NCBI RefSeq assembly: GCF_000172995.2
Contig: NC_014729.1
Coordinates: forward strand, 1,590,001 to 1,622,000
Reading direction: 5' to 3'
DNA: 32,000 bases
Origin: Halogeometricum borinquense DSM 11551
GTDB lineage: Archaea > Halobacteriota > Halobacteria > Halobacteriales > Haloferacaceae
Shown piece by piece: positions 1 to 7,742 of the stretch. A program made the position numbers and the translations under genes. The notes under the pieces are model-generated. The model was given only the letters and a program-made list of their open reading frames with translations, ran no database searches and was not told the DNA's origin. Positions within the stretch are counted from its first letter, which is position 1; each line of letters opens with the position of its first letter.

Positions 1-495
1 GGCTTTTTTGCGATGGGATCAGCCCGCGGACTCAACGTCGCGCTCGGCCTGTCAATCGCCGGTGTCGCCGCGTTCGACGGGCTGGCGCTTCTGTTTCCGG
101 CGTCCGTCGTCGTTTACGTTGCGGCGTTGACGCGGATGGCTGAGGCGGAGACGGGCGGCGGTGGGGACGGGTCCGCCGTCGCTCTCACCGGCGCAGGGGC
201 GACGCTAGCGGCCATGGTTGTTGCCGTCGTCGTCACCGTCCGTGGGACGCCCACCGCCGGTCTCGCCGCTACTCTCGTCGCCGCCGGCTTTCTCGCGTGG
301 GACTGGCGGGCGCTCGGTCCGGCGATAGCAGATCCCGTTCCGTCGAACGTCGGACCTGCTGTCGGTACCTGCGTCCTCGGAATTGTCCTCCTCGATGCCG
401 CCGTCGCCGTCATTGCAGGGCCGACGTTCGTTCTCGCCGCAGCGGCGTTCGCCATTCCGGCAACGACGCTCTCCAGATACTTCGACGTGAACTAA
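1..495 (+). CDS. Polytopic membrane protein, 3' part of a gene that begins left of the window (possibly UbiA-family prenyltransferase C-terminus)
   Basis: Frame 1 is open from base 1 (GFFAMGSARGLN...) to TAA at 493-495. The product is Ala/Val/Leu/Gly-rich with several hydrophobic helices. The stop lies 2 nt before the ATG of the next gene. The family assignment is a weak guess from the RGLN..G-type loop and overall composition. Confidence 0.4.
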   Translation, partial: GFFAMGSARGLNVALGLSIAGVAAFDGLALLFPASVVVYVAALTRMAEAETGGGGDGSAVALTGAGATLAAMVVAVVVTVRGTPTAGLAATLVAAGFLAWDWRALGPAIADPVPSNVGPAVGTCVLGIVLLDAAVAVIAGPTFVLAAAAFAIPATTLSRYFDVN

Positions 496-497
496 CC

Positions 498-1343
498 ATG
501 AAACTCGCATTTTCGACGAACGCGTACACGAACGACACGCTCCCCGAAGCCGTCCGGCGAATCGCCGCCCACGGTTACGAGGGAGTCGAATTACTCGGCG
601 ATACACCGCACGCGTACTTCCCCGAGTTCGGTGCGGACGATGCGGCCGCACTCGCCGATGCCCTCACAGAGACGGATCTCGCCGTCTCGAACATCAACGC
701 CAACACGGCTACGGGATACTACGACGATGCGCCGCCGTCGTCCTTTTTCGAACCGAGCGTCATCAATCCGGATCCGGATCTGCGCGCGTGGCGTGTCGAG
801 TACATCAAACGTGCCATCGACTTGGCTACCTCGACGGGTGCGCCAGCGGTCTGTCTCGCCACCGGTCGTCCCCTGCCGGGAACGTTGCCCGATGAAGCGT
901 ACCAGCTCTTGCGTGACTCGCTGCACGACATCCTCGACTACGCCGAACCCCGCGGCGTGGACGTGGGGATCGAGTTCGAACCCGAACTGCTCATCGAATG
1001 CACCGACGAAGTGCTGACGCTCATTGATGATGTGGGCCGCGACAACCTCGGCGTCAATCTCGACATCGGCCACGCAGCCGTCTACGGCGAAGACCTACGC
1101 GAGAGCATCGAACAGAGCGCGGGCCACATCACCGGCGTCCACCTCGAAGATATCGCGGGCGGTATCCGCGGCAAACACTATCACCTCGTCCCCGGCGACG
1201 GCGACCTCGATTTCGATGTGGTGTTCGACGCCCTCGACAGCATCGGCTACGACGGATTCGTCACGTTAGAACTGTACACTTACCCCGACCGTCCGGACGA
1301 GGCGGCGGCGCGTGCGTTCGAGGCGTTAGCGGGCTACTTCTGA
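498..1343 (+). CDS. Sugar phosphate isomerase/epimerase (xylose-isomerase-like TIM barrel) family protein
   Basis: ATG at 498 gives MKLAFSTNAY...GYEGVEL...GIEFEPE...NLDIGHA...HLED...GFVTLEL, the typical AP-endonuclease-2/xylose-isomerase-like TIM-barrel pattern. The table ORF start at 297 adds a basic Arg-rich extension that overlaps the upstream gene, so it was rejected. Confidence 0.8.
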   Translation: MKLAFSTNAYTNDTLPEAVRRIAAHGYEGVELLGDTPHAYFPEFGADDAAALADALTETDLAVSNINANTATGYYDDAPPSSFFEPSVINPDPDLRAWRVEYIKRAIDLATSTGAPAVCLATGRPLPGTLPDEAYQLLRDSLHDILDYAEPRGVDVGIEFEPELLIECTDEVLTLIDDVGRDNLGVNLDIGHAAVYGEDLRESIEQSAGHITGVHLEDIAGGIRGKHYHLVPGDGDLDFDVVFDALDSIGYDGFVTLELYTYPDRPDEAAARAFEALAGYF

Positions 1344-1374
1344 GCCGGCCGGTTGACTGCGCGCCCCGTCGCGG

Positions 1375-3231
1375 TCATTGCGACTCGGCCAACCGCTCGA
1401 TTCGATCCAGCGAGTCGGCATCGTCCGGCGTCTTGTCCTCTCGGACGGCGATAAAGCGCGGGAACCGAAGCGCGTACCCCGATGAGTACGTCGGCGAGCG
1501 TTGTATCTCTTCGTAGCCGACCTCGAAAACGACCGAGGGATTCAGTTCGACCGTCTGTCCGTCCTCGCTGACGATTTCTGGTTCCAAGAGATCGGACAAC
1601 TCGGCCAGTTCCTCGTCGGTGATGCCCGTCGCTACCTTCCCGATAGTGGCGTAGTCGCCGTCGCCGCTCTCGTCGCGCGCGGAGAGGAGGAACGTTCCAA
1701 GGTGGTTCGCGCGGCGGCCCTCTCCCCACTCTGCACCCGTCACGACGAGGTCAACCGTCTCTACGTCGGGCTTTCGTTTCAGCCAGTTCTTCCCGCGATT
1801 TCCGGGCGAGTACGTCGAATCGGGGTTTTTCAGCATGATCCCTTCGTGGCCGGCGTCAAGCGACGCCTCCTCGAAGGCGGCTATCTCGTCGGCGTCCTCG
1901 GAGACGAGCAAGTCCGAGACGGCGTTGGTGTCCGCCAGCACCTCCGCGAGTCGGGCGTGTCGTTCCGTCACCGGCGCATCGAGCAAGTCCTCGCTGTCGG
2001 CGTGTAGACAGTCGAACGCGTGGAGTTCGACGCGCACCTCTTCGCGCATCCGACCCACGTCGTGTTTGCGACGGAACCGGCGGAGAACCTCCTGAAACGG
2101 AAGCGGTGCGCCATCGTCATCTACCGCCACCACCTCGCCGTCGAGGATCACCGGCACGTCCACGTGATCCTCCACGAACTCTACGATTTCGGGAAGCGCA
2201 TCCGTTACATCGTCCATATTACGGGAGTACAGCGACACGTCTTCGCCGTCGTCCGCGGACGCGTCGTCGGGTGCGACGTGGACCTGCACGCGCGCGCCGT
2301 CGAACTTTCGTTCCACCGCCGCCTCGTCCCATTCGTCGAGGGCGTCGGTCACTGTCCCTGCCTGTGCCAGCATCGCTTGCACGGGGCGGCCGACTTCGAG
2401 ATGAACTGCTTTCAGCCCTTCTTTGCCTTCGTCGCGGGCCGTGACGGCGACCATCCCGTAGTCGTTCGACACTTGGAGGGCGCGTTCGACGGCGGCCAGT
2501 TGCTCGTCGGTCGCGTACGTCGTCGGTTCGTCGGCGTCGTCCGCAGTGTCTTCGGTATCGTCGTCCTTTGGTCTATCTTCGGCATCGTCGTCCTTCGATC
2601 TGTCTTCGGCATCGTCGTCTTTCGGTCCGCCTTCGTCGTCTTCGCTCTCCTCCGTCGCCGATTCGAAGTCAGCGAGGAACGCTTCGGCAACGGCGTCGCG
2701 GACGGTTCCCGCTCCGACGCCGATACGCATCTCGCCGAGGACGAGACGTGCGAGATACTTTGCTTCCGACGAACTCGCGCGGTTGAACAGGCCGAACAAC
2801 GTGTTCAGCTTTCGATCCTCACTCCCGGGTCCGGAGGCGGCCGCGAGGTCACGAAGCGTTTCGTCCACCTCGTTGACCGTCAGACCGTCGTTAGTGCCGC
2901 CAGAGAACGCGGCGAGTCCCTGTTGGCCGCCGAAGTCGTACGCCGCAGCGACGCTGCCGATTTCACCTGCATCGGCGAGTCGGTCCTCGACATCGTCGGC
3001 CGTGACGTTCTGCCCGGCCGCGCGCGCGATGGCCTCGCGGAGGAGTCGCGGCCCGATATCGAGCGTTGTCGAGTCCCATGCCGGGAAGACGCGGCCTTGG
3101 ACGAACCGTGTGACGACGGGGAGGTCGTCTCCGGCGTCGCAAAACAGATCACGGACTAGCGCGACGGTGGCGAGGTCTGCGGGTTCGGCTTCTATTTCCG
3201 ACGCCCGCGCGGCGAACTCGGCGAACTGCAT
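1375..3231 (-). CDS. ligA: ATP-dependent DNA ligase
   Basis: 618 aa. N-terminus MQFAEFAARASEIEAEPADL, adenylation motif ERKFDGARVQVH (KxDG), EGIMLK, WLKRKPD and the C-terminal OB-fold motif LRFPRF. Contains an unusual acidic repeat insertion (see repeat feature). Confidence 0.95.
   Translation of the reverse strand: MQFAEFAARASEIEAEPADLATVALVRDLFCDAGDDLPVVTRFVQGRVFPAWDSTTLDIGPRLLREAIARAAGQNVTADDVEDRLADAGEIGSVAAAYDFGGQQGLAAFSGGTNDGLTVNEVDETLRDLAAASGPGSEDRKLNTLFGLFNRASSSEAKYLARLVLGEMRIGVGAGTVRDAVAEAFLADFESATEESEDDEGGPKDDDAEDRSKDDDAEDRPKDDDTEDTADDADEPTTYATDEQLAAVERALQVSNDYGMVAVTARDEGKEGLKAVHLEVGRPVQAMLAQAGTVTDALDEWDEAAVERKFDGARVQVHVAPDDASADDGEDVSLYSRNMDDVTDALPEIVEFVEDHVDVPVILDGEVVAVDDDGAPLPFQEVLRRFRRKHDVGRMREEVRVELHAFDCLHADSEDLLDAPVTERHARLAEVLADTNAVSDLLVSEDADEIAAFEEASLDAGHEGIMLKNPDSTYSPGNRGKNWLKRKPDVETVDLVVTGAEWGEGRRANHLGTFLLSARDESGDGDYATIGKVATGITDEELAELSDLLEPEIVSEDGQTVELNPSVVFEVGYEEIQRSPTYSSGYALRFPRFIAVREDKTPDDADSLDRIERLAESQ
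2549..2629 (-). repeat. 27-bp tandem repeat x3 inside ligA, encoding a 9-aa acidic repeat (KDDDAEDRS / KDDDAEDRP / KDDDTEDTA)
   Basis: Plus-strand units are 2549-2575, 2576-2602 and 2603-2629 (tcttcggYatcgtcgtcYtt...), differing at 3-4 of 27 positions. The period is a multiple of 3 and in frame with ligA. Confidence 0.85.
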
Positions 3232-3365
3232 CGTCGGTCTCTGTTCGTTGGGGAGAAAAAAGCCCGCCGAATCGGTTCTCGAGCGTTCGAACCATTCGTA
3301 TTATCAGTCTGATATTATGGCGCGCAGCCACGGGATTCAAGCCGCGTGGACGCACAGGGGGCAGT

Positions 3366-4898
3366 ATGACCGACAAGCTTGCGGATAGGGTCCGAGATGT
3401 ACTCGCCGTTGACGCCGACGAGTACGAGGCGCAAGCGGAGGCGGACGCCGAGGTGGTCAAATCCGAATTAGCCGCTGGGACCTTCGATAATCACCAGTCT
3501 ATCGTCGGACTGGAGTACGAGTTCTACGCCGTCGCCGACGGCCGCTGGTCCTCGTCCGATGACAATATGGAGAACGGGTTGATGCGCGTCCCCCGTCGGC
3601 TTCTCGAACTCATCGGCTTCGAGAAAGAACTCGGCCTCCACAACGCCGAGATGACGACGAGTCCACAACCGCTGAACCCGCACGGACTCCGGGCACAGGA
3701 GTCTGAGGTGCTTGCCCGACTCACTGCAGCGCTCCAGTGTACGTCATCGGAGGGGATGCGCCTCGTCAGCGACGGCCTGTGGACCATTCCACCGACGGGC
3801 GAGACCGCCCGCGAATACCTCACTGACAGCATCTCAGACGGAGGAATCCGCGTCGCCACGAATATGAGTGACTCCGTTCGGTACCACGCGATGGCGAACG
3901 GCGAAACCGCAACCGGGCAGATGAGTCTGGATGCACCCCACGTCGAACTCGACGCCGACACCGTCATGCCGGAGTCGCTTATCACCTCTATCCAACCGCA
4001 CTATCAGGTCGCTCACGCCGCCGACCTGCCGACATACTTCAACTACGCACTCAGAGTCGCCGGTCCGCTCCTCGCACTCGGCGTCAACTCGCCGTTGTTC
4101 CCGCCGGATCTGTACGACGACGCCGACCCGACGACCATCTTGGACGACGCCTACATGGAAAACCGCATCGCAGTCTTCGAATCCGTCCTCAACGGCGAAG
4201 ATGCCGAGAAAGTCCGCTTCCCGGACGATCTTTCGGATGTCGAGGAGGCGGTAGACCGAGTTGCGAGTGACGAGAGCATCGTCCCGATGCCCGTCCCACG
4301 CGGTGACCGGTTTGACGACTCCTTCGCTACGCTTCGGCGGAAACACGGGACGTTCTGGCGGTGGGTTCGCCCGGTGTTCGACGGCGAGACGCACTCGTCT
4401 GCGAACGCCCGTATCGAGTTCCGGCCTATCGCCGCACAACCGACTGTTCGTGACTCTATCGCGTTTCAAGCGGCGTTCGCCGGGTTGATGGAGAGCCTCC
4501 CGAAACGCCGCCATCCCGTCATCGACCAGGACTGGCAGACGGCCAAAGAGAACTTCTACGCCGCCATGCGAAACGGGTTCGACAGCCGACAGCGCTGGAT
4601 CGCCAACGACGGCCACGAGACGACAAACGCCGCCGAAGTGTACGACGATATCCTCGCACACGCCGTGGACGGCCTGAAGTCCGCCGGGTGTTCGGAGGCG
4701 GAAGCCAACCGGTACGTAGCACCGCTTCGTGTCCGCGCCGAATCCGGCCGGACGCCTGCGGGATGGAAAATTAACCGCGTCCACGATGCACTCGCGGACG
4801 GCCTCGACTTCGATGCGGCCATCTTCGAGATGCAACGTGAGTACATCGACAGGCAGTCCGAGACGCTTCTCGAGGGAAGTTTCTCAGACTGGCTGTAA
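3366..4898 (+). CDS. Glutamate-cysteine-ligase-like (GCS2 / carboxylate-amine ligase superfamily) protein, unusually long
   Basis: 510-aa acidic ORF. Motifs resemble GCS2-type ligases: IVGLEYEFYAV near the N-terminus, HNAEMTTSPQP, and ARIEFRPIAAQP followed by an amphipathic helix. The ORF itself is convincing; the family call is from motif memory only. Confidence 0.5.
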   Translation: MTDKLADRVRDVLAVDADEYEAQAEADAEVVKSELAAGTFDNHQSIVGLEYEFYAVADGRWSSSDDNMENGLMRVPRRLLELIGFEKELGLHNAEMTTSPQPLNPHGLRAQESEVLARLTAALQCTSSEGMRLVSDGLWTIPPTGETAREYLTDSISDGGIRVATNMSDSVRYHAMANGETATGQMSLDAPHVELDADTVMPESLITSIQPHYQVAHAADLPTYFNYALRVAGPLLALGVNSPLFPPDLYDDADPTTILDDAYMENRIAVFESVLNGEDAEKVRFPDDLSDVEEAVDRVASDESIVPMPVPRGDRFDDSFATLRRKHGTFWRWVRPVFDGETHSSANARIEFRPIAAQPTVRDSIAFQAAFAGLMESLPKRRHPVIDQDWQTAKENFYAAMRNGFDSRQRWIANDGHETTNAAEVYDDILAHAVDGLKSAGCSEAEANRYVAPLRVRAESGRTPAGWKINRVHDALADGLDFDAAIFEMQREYIDRQSETLLEGSFSDWL

Positions 4899-4991
4899 CT
4901 GATACGAGACGCGTCGCTGTGTTTTGGAATCGCGGCCGCCGTGTTCGACGGCCAAACGCACGAACGCGAAAGAGAAAGTCGGCAGTCCGGT

Positions 4992-5723
4992 TTAGAGGAC
5001 GTCTTCGAAGTCTTTGTGCTGCGTGATTTCGACGCCGTCTTCGGTCACAACGCAGACGTTGATCCCGTTACCGGACGCGAGGTCGCGCTCGACAGCGCTT
5101 TTGATGGCGCGGGCCGCAGTGGTTTTCGCCTCTTCGATGGACAGGTCGTTACTGTACTCCTGTTCGAGCACACCGAGGGCGTACTGACTGCCGGACCCGG
5201 TGACGGTGTACTCTTCTTCGAGGATGGAACCTGCGGGGTCGATGCTGTAGATGTGTGCGCCTTCGTCGTCGAAGCCACCCAGGATGGGCTGAACGATGTA
5301 GAACGCGCCCGAGCGGAGGAAGTTGCCGAGGAGCGTCGAGAGCGCCTGCATGCTCATGTCCTCGCCGCGGCGGGACTCGTACAGTCGAACTTCGGCACGA
5401 ATCGACCGGATGAGTGATTGCGCCGCCGAGACCGATCCCGCGATGGTCAGCGCACCGGTCGGGTGAATCTCTTCGACCTTCTGTACGTTCTTCGAGGAGA
5501 CCATGTGGCCGAGACTGGCGCGCATGTCAGTTGCGAGGACGACGCCGTCTTCGGTCTTCAGACCAACCGTCGTCGTTCCCGTCTTCGTCTCCTTTGCCGT
5601 CGACTCGCCCGCACGCTGTTCGGCGTTCGGGAACTCGCCCAGTTCAGGGGAGAACACTCCACTGTGGTCGCCGTTCAGGGGGTCGAGACGGCCGGAGGTG
5701 TCGTCGCTCGTGGGAGTACGCAT
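4992..5723 (-). CDS. psmB: Proteasome beta subunit (with propeptide)
   Basis: MRTPTSDDTSGRLDPLNGD...KTGTTTVGLKTEDGVVLATDMRAS contains the active-site Thr after the propeptide. It is very similar to my recollection of H. volcanii PsmB (243 aa). The ATG at 5723 was chosen over the table start at 5759 because a TATA-like box sits about 27 nt upstream of 5723. Confidence 0.95.
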   Translation of the reverse strand: MRTPTSDDTSGRLDPLNGDHSGVFSPELGEFPNAEQRAGESTAKETKTGTTTVGLKTEDGVVLATDMRASLGHMVSSKNVQKVEEIHPTGALTIAGSVSAAQSLIRSIRAEVRLYESRRGEDMSMQALSTLLGNFLRSGAFYIVQPILGGFDDEGAHIYSIDPAGSILEEEYTVTGSGSQYALGVLEQEYSNDLSIEEAKTTAARAIKSAVERDLASGNGINVCVVTEDGVEITQHKDFEDVL

Positions 5724-5747
5724 TACCCGCTTTTGAATCCCGGCGCT

Positions 5748-5754
5748 GATAAAT
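5748..5754 (-). promoter_or_regulatory. TATA-like box (TTTATC) for leaderless psmB
   Basis: The minus strand reads ggcaTTTATCagcgccgggattcaaaagcgggtaATG. The box starts 30 nt upstream of the ATG, the typical haloarchaeal leaderless geometry. Confidence 0.5.
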
Positions 5755-5905
5755 GCCACCCTTCCCCCTGCTGTTGCCCGTACCGGGCATCAATGGGTAG
5801 TAGCGGTGCGCTACTTCCTGATTAGGCATTCAGATGCGGCTGCTACTCGGAACGTGTGATCGCTCTGAAAAACGCATGAACTGAACCGCCGAAAACGAGG
5901 CGTGA

Positions 5906-6091
5906 TTAGTTTGTTTGGGATTTCCCGTCCGCACGTTCGTACGCGTCACCTGCGGCTTCCACTGCGCGACCGAGCGGCAGGCGGATACCGACCCGGCGCA
6001 TGAGGAGTGCGACGGGCATGAGCAGGATGCCGAGGGCCAAGGTTAGTTGGTAGAGGGCGAACGTGACTGACCGGTGCATCGCGTTGAGCAT
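5906..6091 (-). CDS. Small membrane protein (61 aa, one hydrophobic helix), function unknown
   Basis: MLNAMHRSVTFALYQLTLALGILLMPVALLMRR... A TATATAT box at 6120-6126 lies 29 nt upstream of the ATG at 6091, supporting expression as a leaderless transcript. Confidence 0.55.
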   Translation of the reverse strand: MLNAMHRSVTFALYQLTLALGILLMPVALLMRRVGIRLPLGRAVEAAGDAYERADGKSQTN

Positions 6092-6119
6092 CGCGTTGGC
6101 TCAGGAGCAGCCTTGGGAG

Positions 6120-6126
6120 TATATAT
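6120..6126 (-). promoter_or_regulatory. TATA box for the small membrane protein gene
   Basis: tatatat lies 29-35 nt upstream of the ATG at 6091 on the minus strand. Confidence 0.45.
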
Positions 6127-6382
6127 GTGTTGTGCATGGGCCAATTCGGTGAACCCCACGCTGTCTGGCGATTAAAGTAAAATTGCCACGGAAGCAACCT
6201 CATTGGTTTCAGACGCGCTCACGGTGTAGGAGTCTCATCGGCACTCCGAGTCGTTTGCATAAGTTATGAGGTGGATTTCGGTTCCGTACGCGACAGAATA
6301 TCATTATTTTTGATTATTAATTTTGGCTGATACAGGGCGGGCGAACCACAAGACACGAAACCCCACAGCGCCACGGAGAGGT

Positions 6383-6751
6383 ATGAGCAACTATCTCGTC
6401 GCAATGGAGGCCGCGTGGCTCGTCCGCGACGTCGAGGATATTGATGATGCTATCGGCGTCGCCGTCAGCGAGGCGGGCAAGCGCCTGAACGAGAAGGACA
6501 AAGAGTACGTCGAGGTCGAGGTCGGTGTCACCGGCTGTCCGGCTTGCGGCGAACCGTTCGATTCGGCGTTTATCGCCGCCGACACCGCACTCGTGGGGCT
6601 GCTCCTCGAAATCGACGTGTTCAATGCCGACGGCGAGAAGCACGCCTCCCGTATTGCAAAGAGCGAAGTCGGCGGTGCGCTCCGTGACGTTCCGCTCTCG
6701 GTCATCGACGTGGTCGAGACCGAAGCGGACGACGAAGACGCCGAGGCGTAA
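6383..6751 (+). CDS. UPF0212 (DUF555) family protein
   Basis: 122 aa: MSNYLVAMEAAWLVRDVEDIDDAIGVAVSEAGKRLN...VGVTGCPACGEP. This is the archaeal UPF0212 pattern as I recall it, including the CPxCG motif. GGAGAGG lies 2 nt upstream of the ATG at 6383. The table start at 6323 adds a basic extension and was rejected. Confidence 0.75.
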   Translation: MSNYLVAMEAAWLVRDVEDIDDAIGVAVSEAGKRLNEKDKEYVEVEVGVTGCPACGEPFDSAFIAADTALVGLLLEIDVFNADGEKHASRIAKSEVGGALRDVPLSVIDVVETEADDEDAEA

Positions 6752-6793
6752 GCTCCGGAAACTTTTTCATATAACCGGCGGTTATCGTGGGGT

Positions 6794-7333
6794 ATGGAAC
6801 TCCCGACCCCGCACGACCTCCGGGAACGGCGGAAAGAACTCGACCTCACGCAGAGTACGCTCGCAGAGATGGCTGGCGTCTCGCAACCGCTCATCGCCCG
6901 CATCGAAGGTGGCGATGTTGACCCACGTCTCTCGACGCTCCGGCGCATCGTCAACGCGCTCGATGAGGCCGAGGGGAGCGTCGTCCGCGCGGACGACTTA
7001 ATGAACACGAACGTCGTGAGCGTCTCGCCCGACGATTCAGTGCGCGACGCGCGCGACCGGATGCTGGATGAAGGGTTCTCCCAACTCCCCGTCATCCGCG
7101 ACGGCCGTCCCGTTGGCATCATCTCCAACGGTGACATTCGTCGCGTTCAGGACGACAACGTCGGTGACCTCCCCGTCGCCGAGGTGATGCGTGAGGCGAT
7201 CACCACGGTCGAACCCGCGGCAACGCTCGAAGAGATCGACTCTTCGTTGGACCACCATTCGGCCGTTCTCATCGTCGAAGGCGGGCAGACTGTGGGTATC
7301 ATCACCGAAGCAGACATCGCTGCCCGAGTATAA
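6794..7333 (+). CDS. Transcription regulator with an XRE-type HTH domain and a CBS domain pair
   Basis: The N-terminus LRERRKELDLTQSTLAEMAGVSQPLIARIEGGDVDPRLSTLRRIV is an XRE HTH. The C-terminal half has CBS-type segments (DLMNTNVVSVSPDDSV..., GFSQLPVI, GIISNGDI, VMREAITTVEP..., LIVEGGQTVGIITEADI). Confidence 0.85.
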   Translation: MELPTPHDLRERRKELDLTQSTLAEMAGVSQPLIARIEGGDVDPRLSTLRRIVNALDEAEGSVVRADDLMNTNVVSVSPDDSVRDARDRMLDEGFSQLPVIRDGRPVGIISNGDIRRVQDDNVGDLPVAEVMREAITTVEPAATLEEIDSSLDHHSAVLIVEGGQTVGIITEADIAARV

Positions 7334-7438
7334 CCACAAAGAACTCTCGTACCCTTCGTCGCTCTCATATCGGTGTCGTTCGATGCAGCGTGTGTGCCCT
7401 CTAACGGAGTCGTTTCACGGGTGATTTGGGTTCCCGGG

Positions 7439-7726
7439 ATGGAGACCGGGTACTCGGCTGTTGACCTGGTACTTGTGCCCCTGGCGGTCGCCGTCGTGGC
7501 GTTACTGTTTATTCGTCCCAACCGAGCCGCGTCGCTCCTGACGTTCCTTGTTGGGATCGGAGTCGCGGTGGTTACGTTCCTGTACTTGACGACGGGTGTC
7601 GCCACCGCGAGAGTCGTCGCCGTTGGGTTGTGGATCACCGGTATCGGCGGCCTGCTCCTTGCGGCCGCCGGTTCCTCGTCACTGCGTTCCGCAGTCACCA
7701 GTTCTGCGTCACTGCTCTCCAACTGA
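7439..7726 (+). CDS. Small hydrophobic protein (about 95 aa, 3 predicted TM helices), hypothetical
   Basis: METGYSAVDLVLVPLAVAVVALLFI...FLVGIGVAVVTFLYL...VGLWITGIGGLLLAAAG. The start is uncertain (7373 or 7439). It fills the gap between two well-supported genes. No homology recognised. Confidence 0.4.
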   Translation: METGYSAVDLVLVPLAVAVVALLFIRPNRAASLLTFLVGIGVAVVTFLYLTTGVATARVVAVGLWITGIGGLLLAAAGSSSLRSAVTSSASLLSN

Positions 7727-7742
7727 CCATTCTTGCCTGTTG

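Noticed and set aside
297-497. Long N-terminal extensions offered by the ORF table. Examples: 297 for the TIM-barrel gene, 5759 for psmB, 6323 for UPF0212, 10205 for purM, 14632 for the wHTH gene, 15445 for DUF151, 17152 for ileS, 28157 for gpdC and 31081 for gpdA.
   Set aside because: The extensions are basic or low-complexity, often use GTG/TTG, and overlap upstream genes. Internal ATGs give N-termini matching family expectations and sit at TATA-compatible distances.
2020-3159. 379-aa plus-strand ORF, plus several shorter ones, antisense to ligA
   Set aside because: A shadow ORF typical of GC-rich DNA. It is Arg/Val/Gly-rich and basic, unlike the acidic proteome, and is entirely contained within a gene with unambiguous ligase motifs on the other strand.
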